DNA from: a virus
Lineage: Duplodnaviria > Caudoviricetes
Length of the DNA: 64,000 nt
IMG/VR virus record: IMGVR_UViG_3300035670_000191
Coordinates: 1,540-65,539 of that record
Strand: one strand, 5' to 3'
Of the stretch, positions 34,868 through 44,827 are shown in pieces. The notes under the pieces are model-generated. The model saw only the letters and a list, made by a program, of their open reading frames with translations, was not told the DNA's origin and did not search any database. How positions within the stretch are numbered: position 1 is the first letter of the stretch; each line of letters begins with the position of its first letter. Both the position numbers and the translations under genes were made by a program.

Positions 34868-36565
34868 TTAAGTATACGACAGAGTCAGCAACGTCCCTAA
34901 ACTTTCAGACGCAGATGCCGTGTTTCTGAAAGTAAGGTCACGTGCGGCATAAGAGGCAATCGTACTGTTAGTGATGTTGGTTAATTGAAGTCGATTGAAC
35001 GTAAGCGCAGTCTTACTGTTTCCAGTCATGTAGGCTATTTTCAACTCATGCTCATTCTCAAGTTCTTGTTCCGGTACATAAGCCCCGGTCTTTTGGTCTT
35101 CCAAGATTGTGAATGTGACATCGGACGGGCTTGCTCCTTTTGACCAACTATCATAAGTGCTGACACGAAACCGGTTATACTCAAACCCGGTTAAATTAGG
35201 GGCGGCCAACTTGTCGAACACTACGTTAGAATCCGCGTCAATGTTGACAACAACTTCTTGGCTGTTTACGGTTTTATTTGGCCCTGTTTTCGGCTTCCAC
35301 GTAAATGCGGGAGCCGTACTTCCTTTGTTTGGGTAGATTGGGGTTAATACCAAGCCACCATCAGCATAATTTGCCGCAGGAGTGTTTGCCAAAACAGACT
35401 TTTGTACAATGTCCCAATTCCCAAACGTACCGGAGACACTTACAGTGTCCGTTCTCGCTTCTCCGTCTCCGGAAGCAAGGGTCGCCTCTAGGTCAAATAA
35501 CTTTTTGACTTCAGCCGCAGTCATTTTCGGGGTTATTTTGGCTAGAACGGGATAGAGGGATACCCGACTCAACAAGTAGAGAGTTGAGGCAAAAGTAATG
35601 GTCAATCCCCCGAAAGTAATTATGTCTTCGGCAGCGGGGGCCGTCGCTGTAGGGACAGACAACTCATAGGCTTTTGCTCCCCGTAGTCTCAAAGCGCAAT
35701 TAGTGATGTTTGCAGCCGAAACAGTACCGGTAATGGTCTCTTTCTGCTTTTGAAGTTTTGTCGTGTCTGCAATAACTTTCTTCTTATCTGCAACGCCGCC
35801 ATAATTCCCAAAGAAGTTCCACTTCAGTCTGGGCTTAGTCCCGATAACCATATCAAAGTCAATCGTTCCACGGGCATTAGTCAGTGTGTAGACTTTGTGA
35901 TTGACGGCCATATCTTCTGATGACCTACGTATTTCCAGGGTCATGTAGGCATCAGTATTTTCAATGTTTGAAAACTGCACTTGTTTGTTAGACGTTGTAG
36001 CCTTAAACCCGCAAGTTTCAAACCATTCCTTTGCGATGATGTCGTTATCTGTGGGAACGCCAGTAACTTCGCCAAGAACAGGCAAGAATGTCTCAAAGTC
36101 TACTTTAGCCGTCCAGTCTGTGATAACAGTAGTTTCCGCACGGTCAAGATGACTTCCTGCATACTGGAAGGCTTCTGAACTGATTTCAGACGAACTAAAG
36201 TTCAGATTTAGCACGGCCAAGCAATTCCGGGGGCCAAGACCTACTGAGTAATTTTTTCCGGTTATAGCAGTTGCAAGGGGTTCGACAAGAGTAGCAGCCG
36301 TGTCAGACGTAACTGACGCAATTTGCCCAACCATACTCCCGTCTCCTTGATACAAGTAGGCACCTGGGGTTAATTGTCCGGCATTCTGTACCCCTTCCTT
36401 GCTGTTCTTGAAATAAGTTCCGGTTCCGGTAACTGCCGTTCCAGTCACAGAAATAGTGCCGTGAGACTGCACTCCCGTAATAATTACAGGGATATTTTCC
36501 CCTTTTTGCAATACCCCAAAGATGGCGATTGCACGTTCATGAAACTTTGCCATATCAAACCTCAA
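34868..36565 (-). CDS. major tail tube protein with inserted domains
   Basis: position after the neck genes; ARGTIDF..G..P.L...F.G.Y; 565 aa. Confidence 0.7.
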   Translation of the reverse strand: MRFDMAKFHERAIAIFGVLQKGENIPVIITGVQSHGTISVTGTAVTGTGTYFKNSKEGVQNAGQLTPGAYLYQGDGSMVGQIASVTSDTAATLVEPLATAITGKNYSVGLGPRNCLAVLNLNFSSSEISSEAFQYAGSHLDRAETTVITDWTAKVDFETFLPVLGEVTGVPTDNDIIAKEWFETCGFKATTSNKQVQFSNIENTDAYMTLEIRRSSEDMAVNHKVYTLTNARGTIDFDMVIGTKPRLKWNFFGNYGGVADKKKVIADTTKLQKQKETITGTVSAANITNCALRLRGAKAYELSVPTATAPAAEDIITFGGLTITFASTLYLLSRVSLYPVLAKITPKMTAAEVKKLFDLEATLASGDGEARTDTVSVSGTFGNWDIVQKSVLANTPAANYADGGLVLTPIYPNKGSTAPAFTWKPKTGPNKTVNSQEVVVNIDADSNVVFDKLAAPNLTGFEYNRFRVSTYDSWSKGASPSDVTFTILEDQKTGAYVPEQELENEHELKIAYMTGNSKTALTFNRLQLTNITNSTIASYAARDLTFRNTASASESLGTLLTLSYT

Positions 36566-36570
36566 TCTGT

Positions 36571-36996
36571 TTAAGAAACTCTTGGCATCACCAATCCAAC
36601 TACTTCACTCCACCAAACCTTCTTGTTTGTCTCCGCTTTACAAACCGCCTCGATAAAGGTCAATGACGAATAGTTAGAATCACCTTCAAAGGGACTCCAC
36701 CCGGTATACGCCTTACGTATGTTACTCCGAGTTTCTGCCCAGTTATCCCTCAAGCAAACATAGTTTATCTCAGACACAAGGAGTTCTTGGTTCTCCAATT
36801 CCATGTATCCGTTTGCAAAAAGATTACCCTTATCCTGAAGTTGGATTCCAAGATGCCCAACATACAGACGGGGAAGTGCCTCTGTTGTGTTAATCAAGTC
36901 TACCTGTTTTCCAGGCGACACACTCACAACATACATTGTCTCGGAAGCCAGCCGGGCTACCAATACACTTTCATTATACACTTGTAACATCCTCAA
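36571..36996 (-). CDS. putative tail terminator
   Basis: synteny directly before the tail tube gene; 141 aa. Confidence 0.55.
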   Translation of the reverse strand: MRMLQVYNESVLVARLASETMYVVSVSPGKQVDLINTTEALPRLYVGHLGIQLQDKGNLFANGYMELENQELLVSEINYVCLRDNWAETRSNIRKAYTGWSPFEGDSNYSSLTFIEAVCKAETNKKVWWSEVVGLVMPRVS

Positions 36997-37303
36997 GGGT
37001 TGTTATAACATCCAGCCATCCAGCAAGGGAGTTCTGTACAGAGTTTACAGAGAATGTGTACCTTCGTCCCCTACTTTCGTACCAAAACTCAGTTCCGGGG
37101 GCCAAACCCACGGCTGTTTCAGCCTTAAATATGACGCGAATAGTCTGCTTCTCGACTTCGTAAAGTGCGCTGTCTTCCACAGCCGCCACAGCCGTATACA
37201 GAAACCCCTTCAACACCCCTGTCGGAGCCGCAAATGTAAACTCGTCACCGAGGGCTTCAAGCAACACATCCCTATCTTCTAATTCATGGATACTGGCCGT
37301 CAT
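36974..37303 (-). CDS. putative head-tail joining protein (FII-like)
   Basis: synteny; size; Y.V..V...G pattern. Confidence 0.5.
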   Translation of the reverse strand: MTASIHELEDRDVLLEALGDEFTFAAPTGVLKGFLYTAVAAVEDSALYEVEKQTIRVIFKAETAVGLAPGTEFWYESRGRRYTFSVNSVQNSLAGWLDVITTLEDVTSV

Positions 37304-37974
37304 TTCATAGCCTCTGCAAGTGCAATTTTTTCAATACGCTGAACGGCATTAGCCAGTGCATATTGCAACGGCAATCCGGGTTGTCTCCAACACCATGCAG
37401 CCATGTCTGCCAGACTAGGCCCGAAGATAAGTTTAAGTGGGTAGGGGTCGCGGGTTAACCGGACAAACATTTGGTCAGGATAGCCCTCACGCCGGTACAA
37501 GATATTCCCTTCTTTGTCCCGTGGGGTGAATCCACCGAATCCCTTTTTATTCCGCCAATTTGCCCCATATACTTTTTGCTGCCCGACTTCTGTCAGAATC
37601 CCTGCTAAATGTACCCAACCTTGTCGGCGTTTCTTCTGCCGCAAATTGCCCCAATAGTAGGATATGGGGAACAGGGTTATATTCCGGGGCTTATGTTCGT
37701 ATAGAAACCCACGGGTTATAACCCTTTTAGCCATAGTTCGGTAGTTAGACGTGCGATATGTCTTATACACATCCCCAAGTTTATGCTTGTCACCGAACGT
37801 CTGCTTGACTTGTTCCCGTAAAGCAAAATGGATTTCACGCTCAGAAATAGCAATAGACTTTGCTATTTCCAAGTCCAACTTACTCCGGTTGGCCAGATGC
37901 AACACTTTACGGATGTTGTCAATCTGGCCTTGAAAATCCCTATCCTTCCGTGTGTACGGAGTAAATTGAGCCAA
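37300..37974 (-). CDS. putative tail completion protein (gpZ-like)
   Basis: basic protein with R....YPL..IFGPS motif; synteny. Confidence 0.6.
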   Translation of the reverse strand: MAQFTPYTRKDRDFQGQIDNIRKVLHLANRSKLDLEIAKSIAISEREIHFALREQVKQTFGDKHKLGDVYKTYRTSNYRTMAKRVITRGFLYEHKPRNITLFPISYYWGNLRQKKRRQGWVHLAGILTEVGQQKVYGANWRNKKGFGGFTPRDKEGNILYRREGYPDQMFVRLTRDPYPLKLIFGPSLADMAAWCWRQPGLPLQYALANAVQRIEKIALAEAMK

Positions 37975-37988
37975 TGCCCGCCCCTAAA

Positions 37989-39191
37989 CTACTTAACCTT
38001 CCAAGTCACGAAGCCATTGATGTTCAAATTCCCCATCACAAACGAGGAATGGAACTCCCATTCTTCTTGGCCGGTTTTAGGATTCATCCAGTAGTTCATC
38101 CAACGGGGCATAGCCATCCAGTTTGCTTTCGGGTGCATTATACGTCCGTGGATTTTTACAAAACCACTAGACGGAATAACATTCACCCAGCCTTCTCCGA
38201 TATAACGCTTACGTTCACCGGTGTTGCGGTCATGGTAAACTGCCTTATAAGTATAGATAGGCAGAATCCGACCATTACCAAAGTTAATGGTACGTTGGAA
38301 GTGCAGACTATCAACAGTGTCCAGACGCGGCAAAATGTCACGCTGAATCTGCAACAGAGTCAGGGTTTCAGTGTTTGCCGCTTCTTTGAAATGCGTCTCA
38401 ATGTCAAAGTTAAACATCTCATACGCATCTTGCGACATGTGAATAGCAGTTGCTCTGTCCCATTCATCAGCCGTCTGCACCATTTTCAACACATCCTTGT
38501 ACGGGGTAGCGGTGCCAGCAGTAATGTTGGTTTTGTTCCAAGTCTTCTCACCAGCAGTATACGGTGCAGACGTGGGAACAACCGGAAGTACTACTTGGGC
38601 AGAGTTCCACGGAGCCGTGACCGGATTGGTCGTCAGATTGACAGACGGAATAAGGTCTTGGGCAAAGACAGCAGCAGTAGTACCAACAGTGCGACCGAAG
38701 TCATATACATACAGCGGGTACTTCTCGGAGACCGCCCCATACCCGCCGTACAGCATAATTTCAGCAGCAACTTTCTCAAACAGATTTTCGAACCTCTGCT
38801 CTACCTGTGCTGCTTTCAGATTCCACCGCAGGGCTTTGTTAGCCAAGATATTAGGCTGACCAAACTGCTCACCCAACTGGCGAGAGTTTAACTCCTCAAA
38901 GCCGTCGGATACGAATCCTTCTTTGGCGTATGAGAAACTCAGTTCCTTATGGCCAAAAGTCGGCAACATTACCGGATCAACGTCTGCATTCGGAAGTGCA
39001 AACATACCCATGACATTCCGGGTTGCAAACTGTTGGTCAAAGTTTACGGTCTCGCGGTCAGTCGTTGACGGGGCCGGATAAAAAGATTGCAGCCAATTCG
39101 GGCGTTTGGGTTGCCCATCATTAAGAGCCTTCAGCACCCCGGACAGAATCTTCTGCGAAGTATACGGGTCAGCAAAAATCATCTCACTCAT
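37989..39191 (-). CDS. major capsid protein (lambda gpE-like)
   Basis: 400 aa after the decoration gene; WL..F, E..AAEIM..G, YDFGR. Confidence 0.85.
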   Translation of the reverse strand: MSEMIFADPYTSQKILSGVLKALNDGQPKRPNWLQSFYPAPSTTDRETVNFDQQFATRNVMGMFALPNADVDPVMLPTFGHKELSFSYAKEGFVSDGFEELNSRQLGEQFGQPNILANKALRWNLKAAQVEQRFENLFEKVAAEIMLYGGYGAVSEKYPLYVYDFGRTVGTTAAVFAQDLIPSVNLTTNPVTAPWNSAQVVLPVVPTSAPYTAGEKTWNKTNITAGTATPYKDVLKMVQTADEWDRATAIHMSQDAYEMFNFDIETHFKEAANTETLTLLQIQRDILPRLDTVDSLHFQRTINFGNGRILPIYTYKAVYHDRNTGERKRYIGEGWVNVIPSSGFVKIHGRIMHPKANWMAMPRWMNYWMNPKTGQEEWEFHSSFVMGNLNINGFVTWKVK

Positions 39192-39201
39192 TGTTAAATC
39201 C

Positions 39202-39672
39202 TCAGTACATTTCGCCAGGTTTCAGGATGCCCAACTGTTCAAAGTGGGTGTTTTCGACAAACTTACGTTTCAGCAAGTCAGTGTTGGCTCCGGTGTCGTA
39301 AGCAGTACAAGCCACTTCGGTACCGTCGGCTTTAACAATCTTGTCCGTAGCAACATCCACCTTCCAAACAAGTGCCGAGGCATAGAACGACGCATGAGTA
39401 TAAACTGTTGCGTCCACATCAGCAGCCGAAGCATCAACATCCATCAACAGCACACCGGTGATTTCTTGTCGGGGTGCCGTGGGGTCGGTTTCTACTCCGG
39501 GGTGTGCGATTGCTTTACCGGTAGCATCACTTGCCACAAACGAATGCTTCTTCAGCACTTGGCCCGACTTGACCGTTACGGTCTTAGTATAAGTTGGGAT
39601 TGCGCGAAAGAACGTGCCCTGATAGTTTGCTTTGTCGGCATAAGCCCGAAACCCGCCATTATAGTCTGCCAT
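39202..39672 (-). CDS. head decoration protein (gpD-like)
   Basis: TVKSGQVLK, GVL..DVDAS..D..A.VY....F...L.W. Confidence 0.85.
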   Translation of the reverse strand: MADYNGGFRAYADKANYQGTFFRAIPTYTKTVTVKSGQVLKKHSFVASDATGKAIAHPGVETDPTAPRQEITGVLLMDVDASAADVDATVYTHASFYASALVWKVDVATDKIVKADGTEVACTAYDTGANTDLLKRKFVENTHFEQLGILKPGEMY

Positions 39673-39693
39673 TGTAACCTCCAACGGTCAAAG

Positions 39694-40974
39694 TTATTGG
39701 GTCAGGGATGCGAGTGCCGCATTGCCCTGCATAATAGATTCAAACGGACTCATGGCTTTTGCAGGCGCACTGTCCATACGTTCCGAAGCCGTAGGCTGTA
39801 CAGCAGAAGCAACAGGCGTCGGATTCGACATTTGCATAACTTCTTTGACAGTTTCAAACATGGCAACAACAGCCGATGCGTCCGTTCCGGCACTAATTTG
39901 TTTCATGGCAATGTCAGCAGACATACCAAAGACTTTTGCCGATTCCAGAATTTCATTGCACCGGTTACGTTCAGCCGCTACTGCTTTTGCAACAGCCCCA
40001 CTTGCTTCAAGTTTAACTTTTTCAAGGTCACTTGCCAGCAGTGCATTCTTTTCGATTGCTTCTTCAAGCGTCATAATTACACCTTTTTCAGACATACTGT
40101 ATATGGAGGATGGAATGTGGAAAGAGTTAGTGTAGGGATACCCTTCCACAACTCCGGTTTTAATTATTTCTTCCAGGGTTATATCGTAAGAGTCTATTAC
40201 TTTGTCGATTAACCCGAGGGATAATGCTTCTGTGCCTAGAACCGTTTGACCATTCAGCGTGTTGATTGTTTCTTCTGACAGGCTTTCTCGTTGTTTCGTC
40301 AACAACCCGATCATAAGACTGTCAATTTCCATGACTCTGTCAAAAACTGACAACTCCAACTTACTCGTAAGGGGTTCGTGAGGGTTGCCGAGAGCCTTGT
40401 CTTCCCGGCTCCTGATAACTTTCCAATCGTAGCCGTCCATCTTATCCTTAGCTACTTGTGAAAAGAGTGCTGACAACACCCCAATAGAACCAATCTCTGA
40501 TGAGTTTGTGGCAATAATATACTGGGTTGCGGATGCCAAAACATAGCCAGCCGAACAACATGGCCCGTCAACAAGAGCCAGGGTCTTAACCCCATATTGC
40601 TTTGGCAACGACGTTATGAACTCGGCCAACCCAAAACATCCATTAACCTCTCCTCCATAAGTTGCCATTGAGAACACGAGGGTTGTTGCTCGTGCTTCAA
40701 TCATATTCTTGACAGAATTTGCAATCCCTTCATACGATGTATATCCGCTGTCCCCTGCTCCGGCTTTTGCCACAAGACTTCCATGTACTTTCACAACCCC
40801 TACGTTGTTTCGCACATACGAAGATGACCCGGCGGTGTCCGCAGAGTCAAAGAACTTTGAGGGTTTCTCCCCTGCAAGAAGTTTCAACGTGACATTGCTT
40901 GTTATGATGTCAAGTTTACTTTCTGCAATGAGAAGCGGTGTGTTATACAGCCGACTTAGGATACGTTCATACAT
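39694..40974 (-). CDS. S49 prohead protease with C-terminal scaffold (gpC/Nu3-like)
   Basis: GGEVNG, CSAGY.LAS, GSIGV, GLID; helical C-terminus with an internal Met. Confidence 0.9.
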   Translation of the reverse strand: MYERILSRLYNTPLLIAESKLDIITSNVTLKLLAGEKPSKFFDSADTAGSSSYVRNNVGVVKVHGSLVAKAGAGDSGYTSYEGIANSVKNMIEARATTLVFSMATYGGEVNGCFGLAEFITSLPKQYGVKTLALVDGPCCSAGYVLASATQYIIATNSSEIGSIGVLSALFSQVAKDKMDGYDWKVIRSREDKALGNPHEPLTSKLELSVFDRVMEIDSLMIGLLTKQRESLSEETINTLNGQTVLGTEALSLGLIDKVIDSYDITLEEIIKTGVVEGYPYTNSFHIPSSIYSMSEKGVIMTLEEAIEKNALLASDLEKVKLEASGAVAKAVAAERNRCNEILESAKVFGMSADIAMKQISAGTDASAVVAMFETVKEVMQMSNPTPVASAVQPTASERMDSAPAKAMSPFESIMQGNAALASLTQ

Positions 40975-41005
40975 GGTAGTGGTCAGGCAGAAGGCTCATG
41001 CTCAG

Positions 41006-41035
41006 ATTGTCTCACAAAGGTTTGGATTTTGTCAA
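41006..41035 (-). promoter_or_regulatory. possible internal promoter for the capsid genes
   Basis: minus strand TTGACA-18-GACAAT. Confidence 0.4.
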
Positions 41036-41036
41036 G

Positions 41037-42503
41037 TCAAAGTGACGTTGATTTTGCATTTGCCTCAACATTTGTAGCCTGGTTGGTGGATTGGGGCATT
41101 GCAGCAAAGTCAATCCCAAACTGTTTCAGTTCCTCCCGCCTGCGACAATCTTCAACAATTTCTTCAAAAGTGGTGTGTCTTTCCTGAAGTTTGCTTTCCA
41201 GGGTTGCCATACCATACTGGATTTCGAGAAGGTCGGCTTGTGCATCCTTCAATTCATCTACGCCGTATTGACGCGGCATCTGATACGTCGGTTCCGCAGA
41301 GCCAACATTCTTATACCGGCTTGCGAGGGCTTTGAAATACTTTGTCAGCGGGGCAAGTCCCATTGCAATAGTTTGGGTTTGGTGAACATGCTCCATCCGA
41401 ACCCTAAGTTCTATTGTGATTGCCCGCAGCGTTGAGAAGTCAATGCCGGACGTATCTCCGGTGAGTTGGTGGTAGGGAACTTTGACTGCATTGGCAATTC
41501 GACGTAGTTCTGTTTCGCAGAGTTTGACAAAGTTGGCTCCAATGTCAGCCCCTTGATGAAACACTATATCTTCGTTCTTGTTTAGATACTGGACGTTTGT
41601 TCCTTGAGACTTGAACACAAGTTTATCCTTCTCCTCTTTGTCCTTGACATACGTCGGCACACCTACAGGAACAGGGTTGAGGGGATTGGTGTTTTTGACA
41701 ATCCAGCTTATAGCTTGGGATGCTTTCTGCCTTGCAACAGTGGCATCCATAAGTTCATCCAACTCGTAGAGGGGGATTAAGACCGAAGCCAGGAACGGAA
41801 TGCCTATGAATTGTGCTGGAATGTCACGTTGGAATATGTGTAGGATTTCGTCCGCAGGGATTTCAGTAACACTCATGCCCACAAGCGGGGGACTCCCCAC
41901 TTTGTACCACATATCTTCGTATATGTTGTCCCGGAAGAAGTAAGACACTGGCCGCTTGTCCACAAAACCAATCCCATGTCTAATCATTTGGGGCTTGGTC
42001 GGAGTGTCGCCAAAATACCCCAAGTGGTGAAGTTCTGAGCGAATTGGCTCAAGTTTCAGCGGAACAGTAGAGGGGTTCCCTTTTCGGCGTATGTGCAAAC
42101 GGGTAAAAGCATTACCTGTGGAGAATATGGACGAATGCCATAAGTTCTGCACATTTTCAAGTGTCCCGATACCATCCAGACAAGGGTTTGCGGCGAACTC
42201 GTCCCACATATCCTGCATCCTAAGATGATTCCTGCCTTTCGCATCCTTCCAAACAACTTTGACTGCCCCCAGATTCGTGACGTATTTGTCAAGGGCCGTT
42301 CGAGCATAGCCATTGTTGCGAATAGCATGGGCGGATCGCATTTGCAGCAGCAACAACTCCCGTGATGCAATTTGGTCAGGCGAACCATTGACAAGATTGT
42401 TTCTATCCTCTCGATAGCGTTTGGCCGCACCCTCAAAAGCCGGGGAACTCAATTCACCATACAAGAAGCTATACGGAGTAACGGGAGTTGATTCTGTTGT
42501 CAT
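41037..42503 (-). CDS. portal protein (lambda gpB family)
   Basis: RS.H.IRNNGYA, GI.F....RP..Y, EILHIF, LTGD.S..DFST.R. Confidence 0.9.
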   Translation of the reverse strand: MTTESTPVTPYSFLYGELSSPAFEGAAKRYREDRNNLVNGSPDQIASRELLLLQMRSAHAIRNNGYARTALDKYVTNLGAVKVVWKDAKGRNHLRMQDMWDEFAANPCLDGIGTLENVQNLWHSSIFSTGNAFTRLHIRRKGNPSTVPLKLEPIRSELHHLGYFGDTPTKPQMIRHGIGFVDKRPVSYFFRDNIYEDMWYKVGSPPLVGMSVTEIPADEILHIFQRDIPAQFIGIPFLASVLIPLYELDELMDATVARQKASQAISWIVKNTNPLNPVPVGVPTYVKDKEEKDKLVFKSQGTNVQYLNKNEDIVFHQGADIGANFVKLCETELRRIANAVKVPYHQLTGDTSGIDFSTLRAITIELRVRMEHVHQTQTIAMGLAPLTKYFKALASRYKNVGSAEPTYQMPRQYGVDELKDAQADLLEIQYGMATLESKLQERHTTFEEIVEDCRRREELKQFGIDFAAMPQSTNQATNVEANAKSTSL

Positions 42504-42521
42504 GTGTATATCCTGTGAATG

Positions 42522-42797
42522 TCACGAACCCAACTTACCAACAACAAGTGGCACAGACGCCCCATGTCTGTAGACCGGTGTTGATAGTTCGATGCTTTGT
42601 ATCTGTTGGAGAATCTCGTCCCGGTGTTGTTTGAGCGCGACAAGTGTCACTTCCCCATATCTGTAGCGACGTGAGAAACTACCATTCCCAACAACCAATT
42701 CGAGAATCTGTTTCCCGGCTATAAGATTGCTGATGGCCGTGTTGACCGTCGTTAACTGGGTTTGCAGTTCGGCGAGTGTAAGTGTCCCGGTTGACAT
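42522..42797 (-). CDS. head completion protein (gpW-like)
   Basis: AI..L..GK, R..Y....L..L; between terminase and portal. Confidence 0.75.
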   Translation of the reverse strand: MSTGTLTLAELQTQLTTVNTAISNLIAGKQILELVVGNGSFSRRYRYGEVTLVALKQHRDEILQQIQSIELSTPVYRHGASVPLVVGKLGS

Positions 42798-42805
42798 ATT
42801 GGCCT

Positions 42806-44827
42806 CTATGAGTAGTAATAGCGTTCTAGACTTTCCCAGTGTTCATTTGTATAGTGCCGGATACCAGCAGCAAAACTCGCGTGCAATGCCAGTTTCTCAC
42901 AGTCCATTGCCTCCTTACGTTTGCCAGGTATAAGTTTGTAGACTTCACGTACGTTTCCGTAACGGTCTTCATCAAAGATTTTACGACACGACGTACATTG
43001 TTCTTCATACTGTCCATAGGATTGGTAGTTAAACCAATGGATGTCAGTCTTATAGTCGTTGGGTCTTTCTCTTGCCAACTTTGACAAGTAGATACGTCGC
43101 AAAACTTCACTTTGGGCTTTATGTGCCCCTACTTGGTAAACGGCAATACCAATACGTTCATACAGGGTCTTTCTGACTTGTGATGTTGAACCTATGTCGA
43201 GTCCTGCCGGTTCCTTGTATATGTCGTCGTCTGAAAAGCGAAGTTCACGAACACCACGTGCAGCCATAACACCCTGGTTATGTCTCTGCATCTCACAAAT
43301 CCAACGATATGTTACTTCTGTTGCATACGCTGTATCTACGCTAACATACGAAGGATAGATTGTTTTGCCCGAAGCATGTGGTATTGCCCCAGTAACAACT
43401 TCACGCTCAAGTTCGGCCCAAACGTCCGAATCCGGATTCAACACATCGCCAAAGATTTCTTTCCATGTTATGAGCCAAGAATTACCGTTCCGGCCCCATC
43501 CCCTCTTAACAATAGCAAACCTGTTGTCCTGAACATCCACACCGACAGTAACAACAAGGGCTTCCATTGGACAAACATGCTCAGGATAGTTTAAGCGCAA
43601 CCCTCGCATCTCCTCAGCTTCCATCATAACTTGGCCAGAAGCATAAGGCTCCCCGCGCTTGTTATTCATGTAAGACTTCATCAGAAGTTCCTTTCCAACC
43701 GCAAGTTCCTTTTTGGCTACGATTTCGGCCTTTGCCAATTCTACGAAGTTTGAGCCGTCGAATGGGCTTAACATCTCCGAAAACGAGAACCCAAAAACTT
43801 CAGTTATCTGGGGTTTTAGCGGATGCCAGCCCTTCGAAAAGTTACCCGTGTGGTCGGTGAAACCATGGGCCTTACCTGCAACAATGTTAGCATTCTTCTG
43901 GTCAAATGTCCACTCGACCGAGCAATGCGGACAAATGAACTTGGTGGTTGCCGGGTCATACTTACCATATACTGTGTCAATGAACCGGGCCGGATACTCG
44001 TCATAACGTAAGTTTTCAAAACTTGACCCATCCATCGGCACAAGTTCATGGCAGGCATGGCACTCTGCCTTGAACACAAGATAGTTGCTTTCGCGGATTG
44101 CCTTCTCAACCCGACTTAGGTCTTTGAACGTCGGTGTGCCCCCAAAGATAAACTTTCGGCGTGTCAATGGCACGAGTTTCTGACGTTCCTTAAGGTTGGC
44201 AAACGTGTCACCCTGTCCTGCTACTTCGTCCGGGGCATCGTCTGGTTCTTCAATCTCAATATATTCAAGGTTGACAGACTTTTGGTTAACAATAGACCCT
44301 AGTGTTGCAAAGCGCAAATGTCCACCGGGGAAGTCATAGTCAAATATACTTTTGCGATTCTCTGCAATCCCAAAGTTCACCAAGCCATCCAGCACAGGAC
44401 AGTTTTTCAGAAACTCTACCCACTTCTCCTTTGCAAATATCTTGGCAGCTGTACCTGTGGCAAACCCAACCAGCATTGTTGTTGGGTCAATATGGATGCG
44501 CTTTCCTCGGTAGTTGTTAATGGTTTCCGTCCATGCAATTCGGGCAGACTTCATGGCAACAATCGTTGGGATGCCAGGGTTGTCGAGACAATCGTAAACA
44601 TACTCCATGTAGGGCGTCAGGTCTGGGTTAAACCTACCTTCGCCGAACGAAGTCTCCTTTTTGGTAATAATTCTGTATTTGCGTGACCACTCCATTGTTG
44701 AGACATACGGGGCTTTGTGAAACAACCGGAGTAGTTGGCCAATGAAGCCACGCTCAGATATGTTTGACAAGTCCCGTGGGATTTCAGGAGTTGGCCCCGG
44801 GTTCCCTCCTTCGCTTGCTTCAATCAT
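42806..44827 (-). CDS. terminase large subunit (lambda gpA family)
   Basis: TPYM, KSARIAWTE, GTPT, CHAC/CPHC, GVDVQ, EAMDC. Confidence 0.93.
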   Translation of the reverse strand: MIEASEGGNPGPTPEIPRDLSNISERGFIGQLLRLFHKAPYVSTMEWSRKYRIITKKETSFGEGRFNPDLTPYMEYVYDCLDNPGIPTIVAMKSARIAWTETINNYRGKRIHIDPTTMLVGFATGTAAKIFAKEKWVEFLKNCPVLDGLVNFGIAENRKSIFDYDFPGGHLRFATLGSIVNQKSVNLEYIEIEEPDDAPDEVAGQGDTFANLKERQKLVPLTRRKFIFGGTPTFKDLSRVEKAIRESNYLVFKAECHACHELVPMDGSSFENLRYDEYPARFIDTVYGKYDPATTKFICPHCSVEWTFDQKNANIVAGKAHGFTDHTGNFSKGWHPLKPQITEVFGFSFSEMLSPFDGSNFVELAKAEIVAKKELAVGKELLMKSYMNNKRGEPYASGQVMMEAEEMRGLRLNYPEHVCPMEALVVTVGVDVQDNRFAIVKRGWGRNGNSWLITWKEIFGDVLNPDSDVWAELEREVVTGAIPHASGKTIYPSYVSVDTAYATEVTYRWICEMQRHNQGVMAARGVRELRFSDDDIYKEPAGLDIGSTSQVRKTLYERIGIAVYQVGAHKAQSEVLRRIYLSKLARERPNDYKTDIHWFNYQSYGQYEEQCTSCRKIFDEDRYGNVREVYKLIPGKRKEAMDCEKLALHASFAAGIRHYTNEHWESLERYYYS

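Noticed and set aside
37974-40212. Long plus-strand ORFs of 305 and 368 aa
   Set aside because: Antisense shadows of the capsid, decoration and protease genes.
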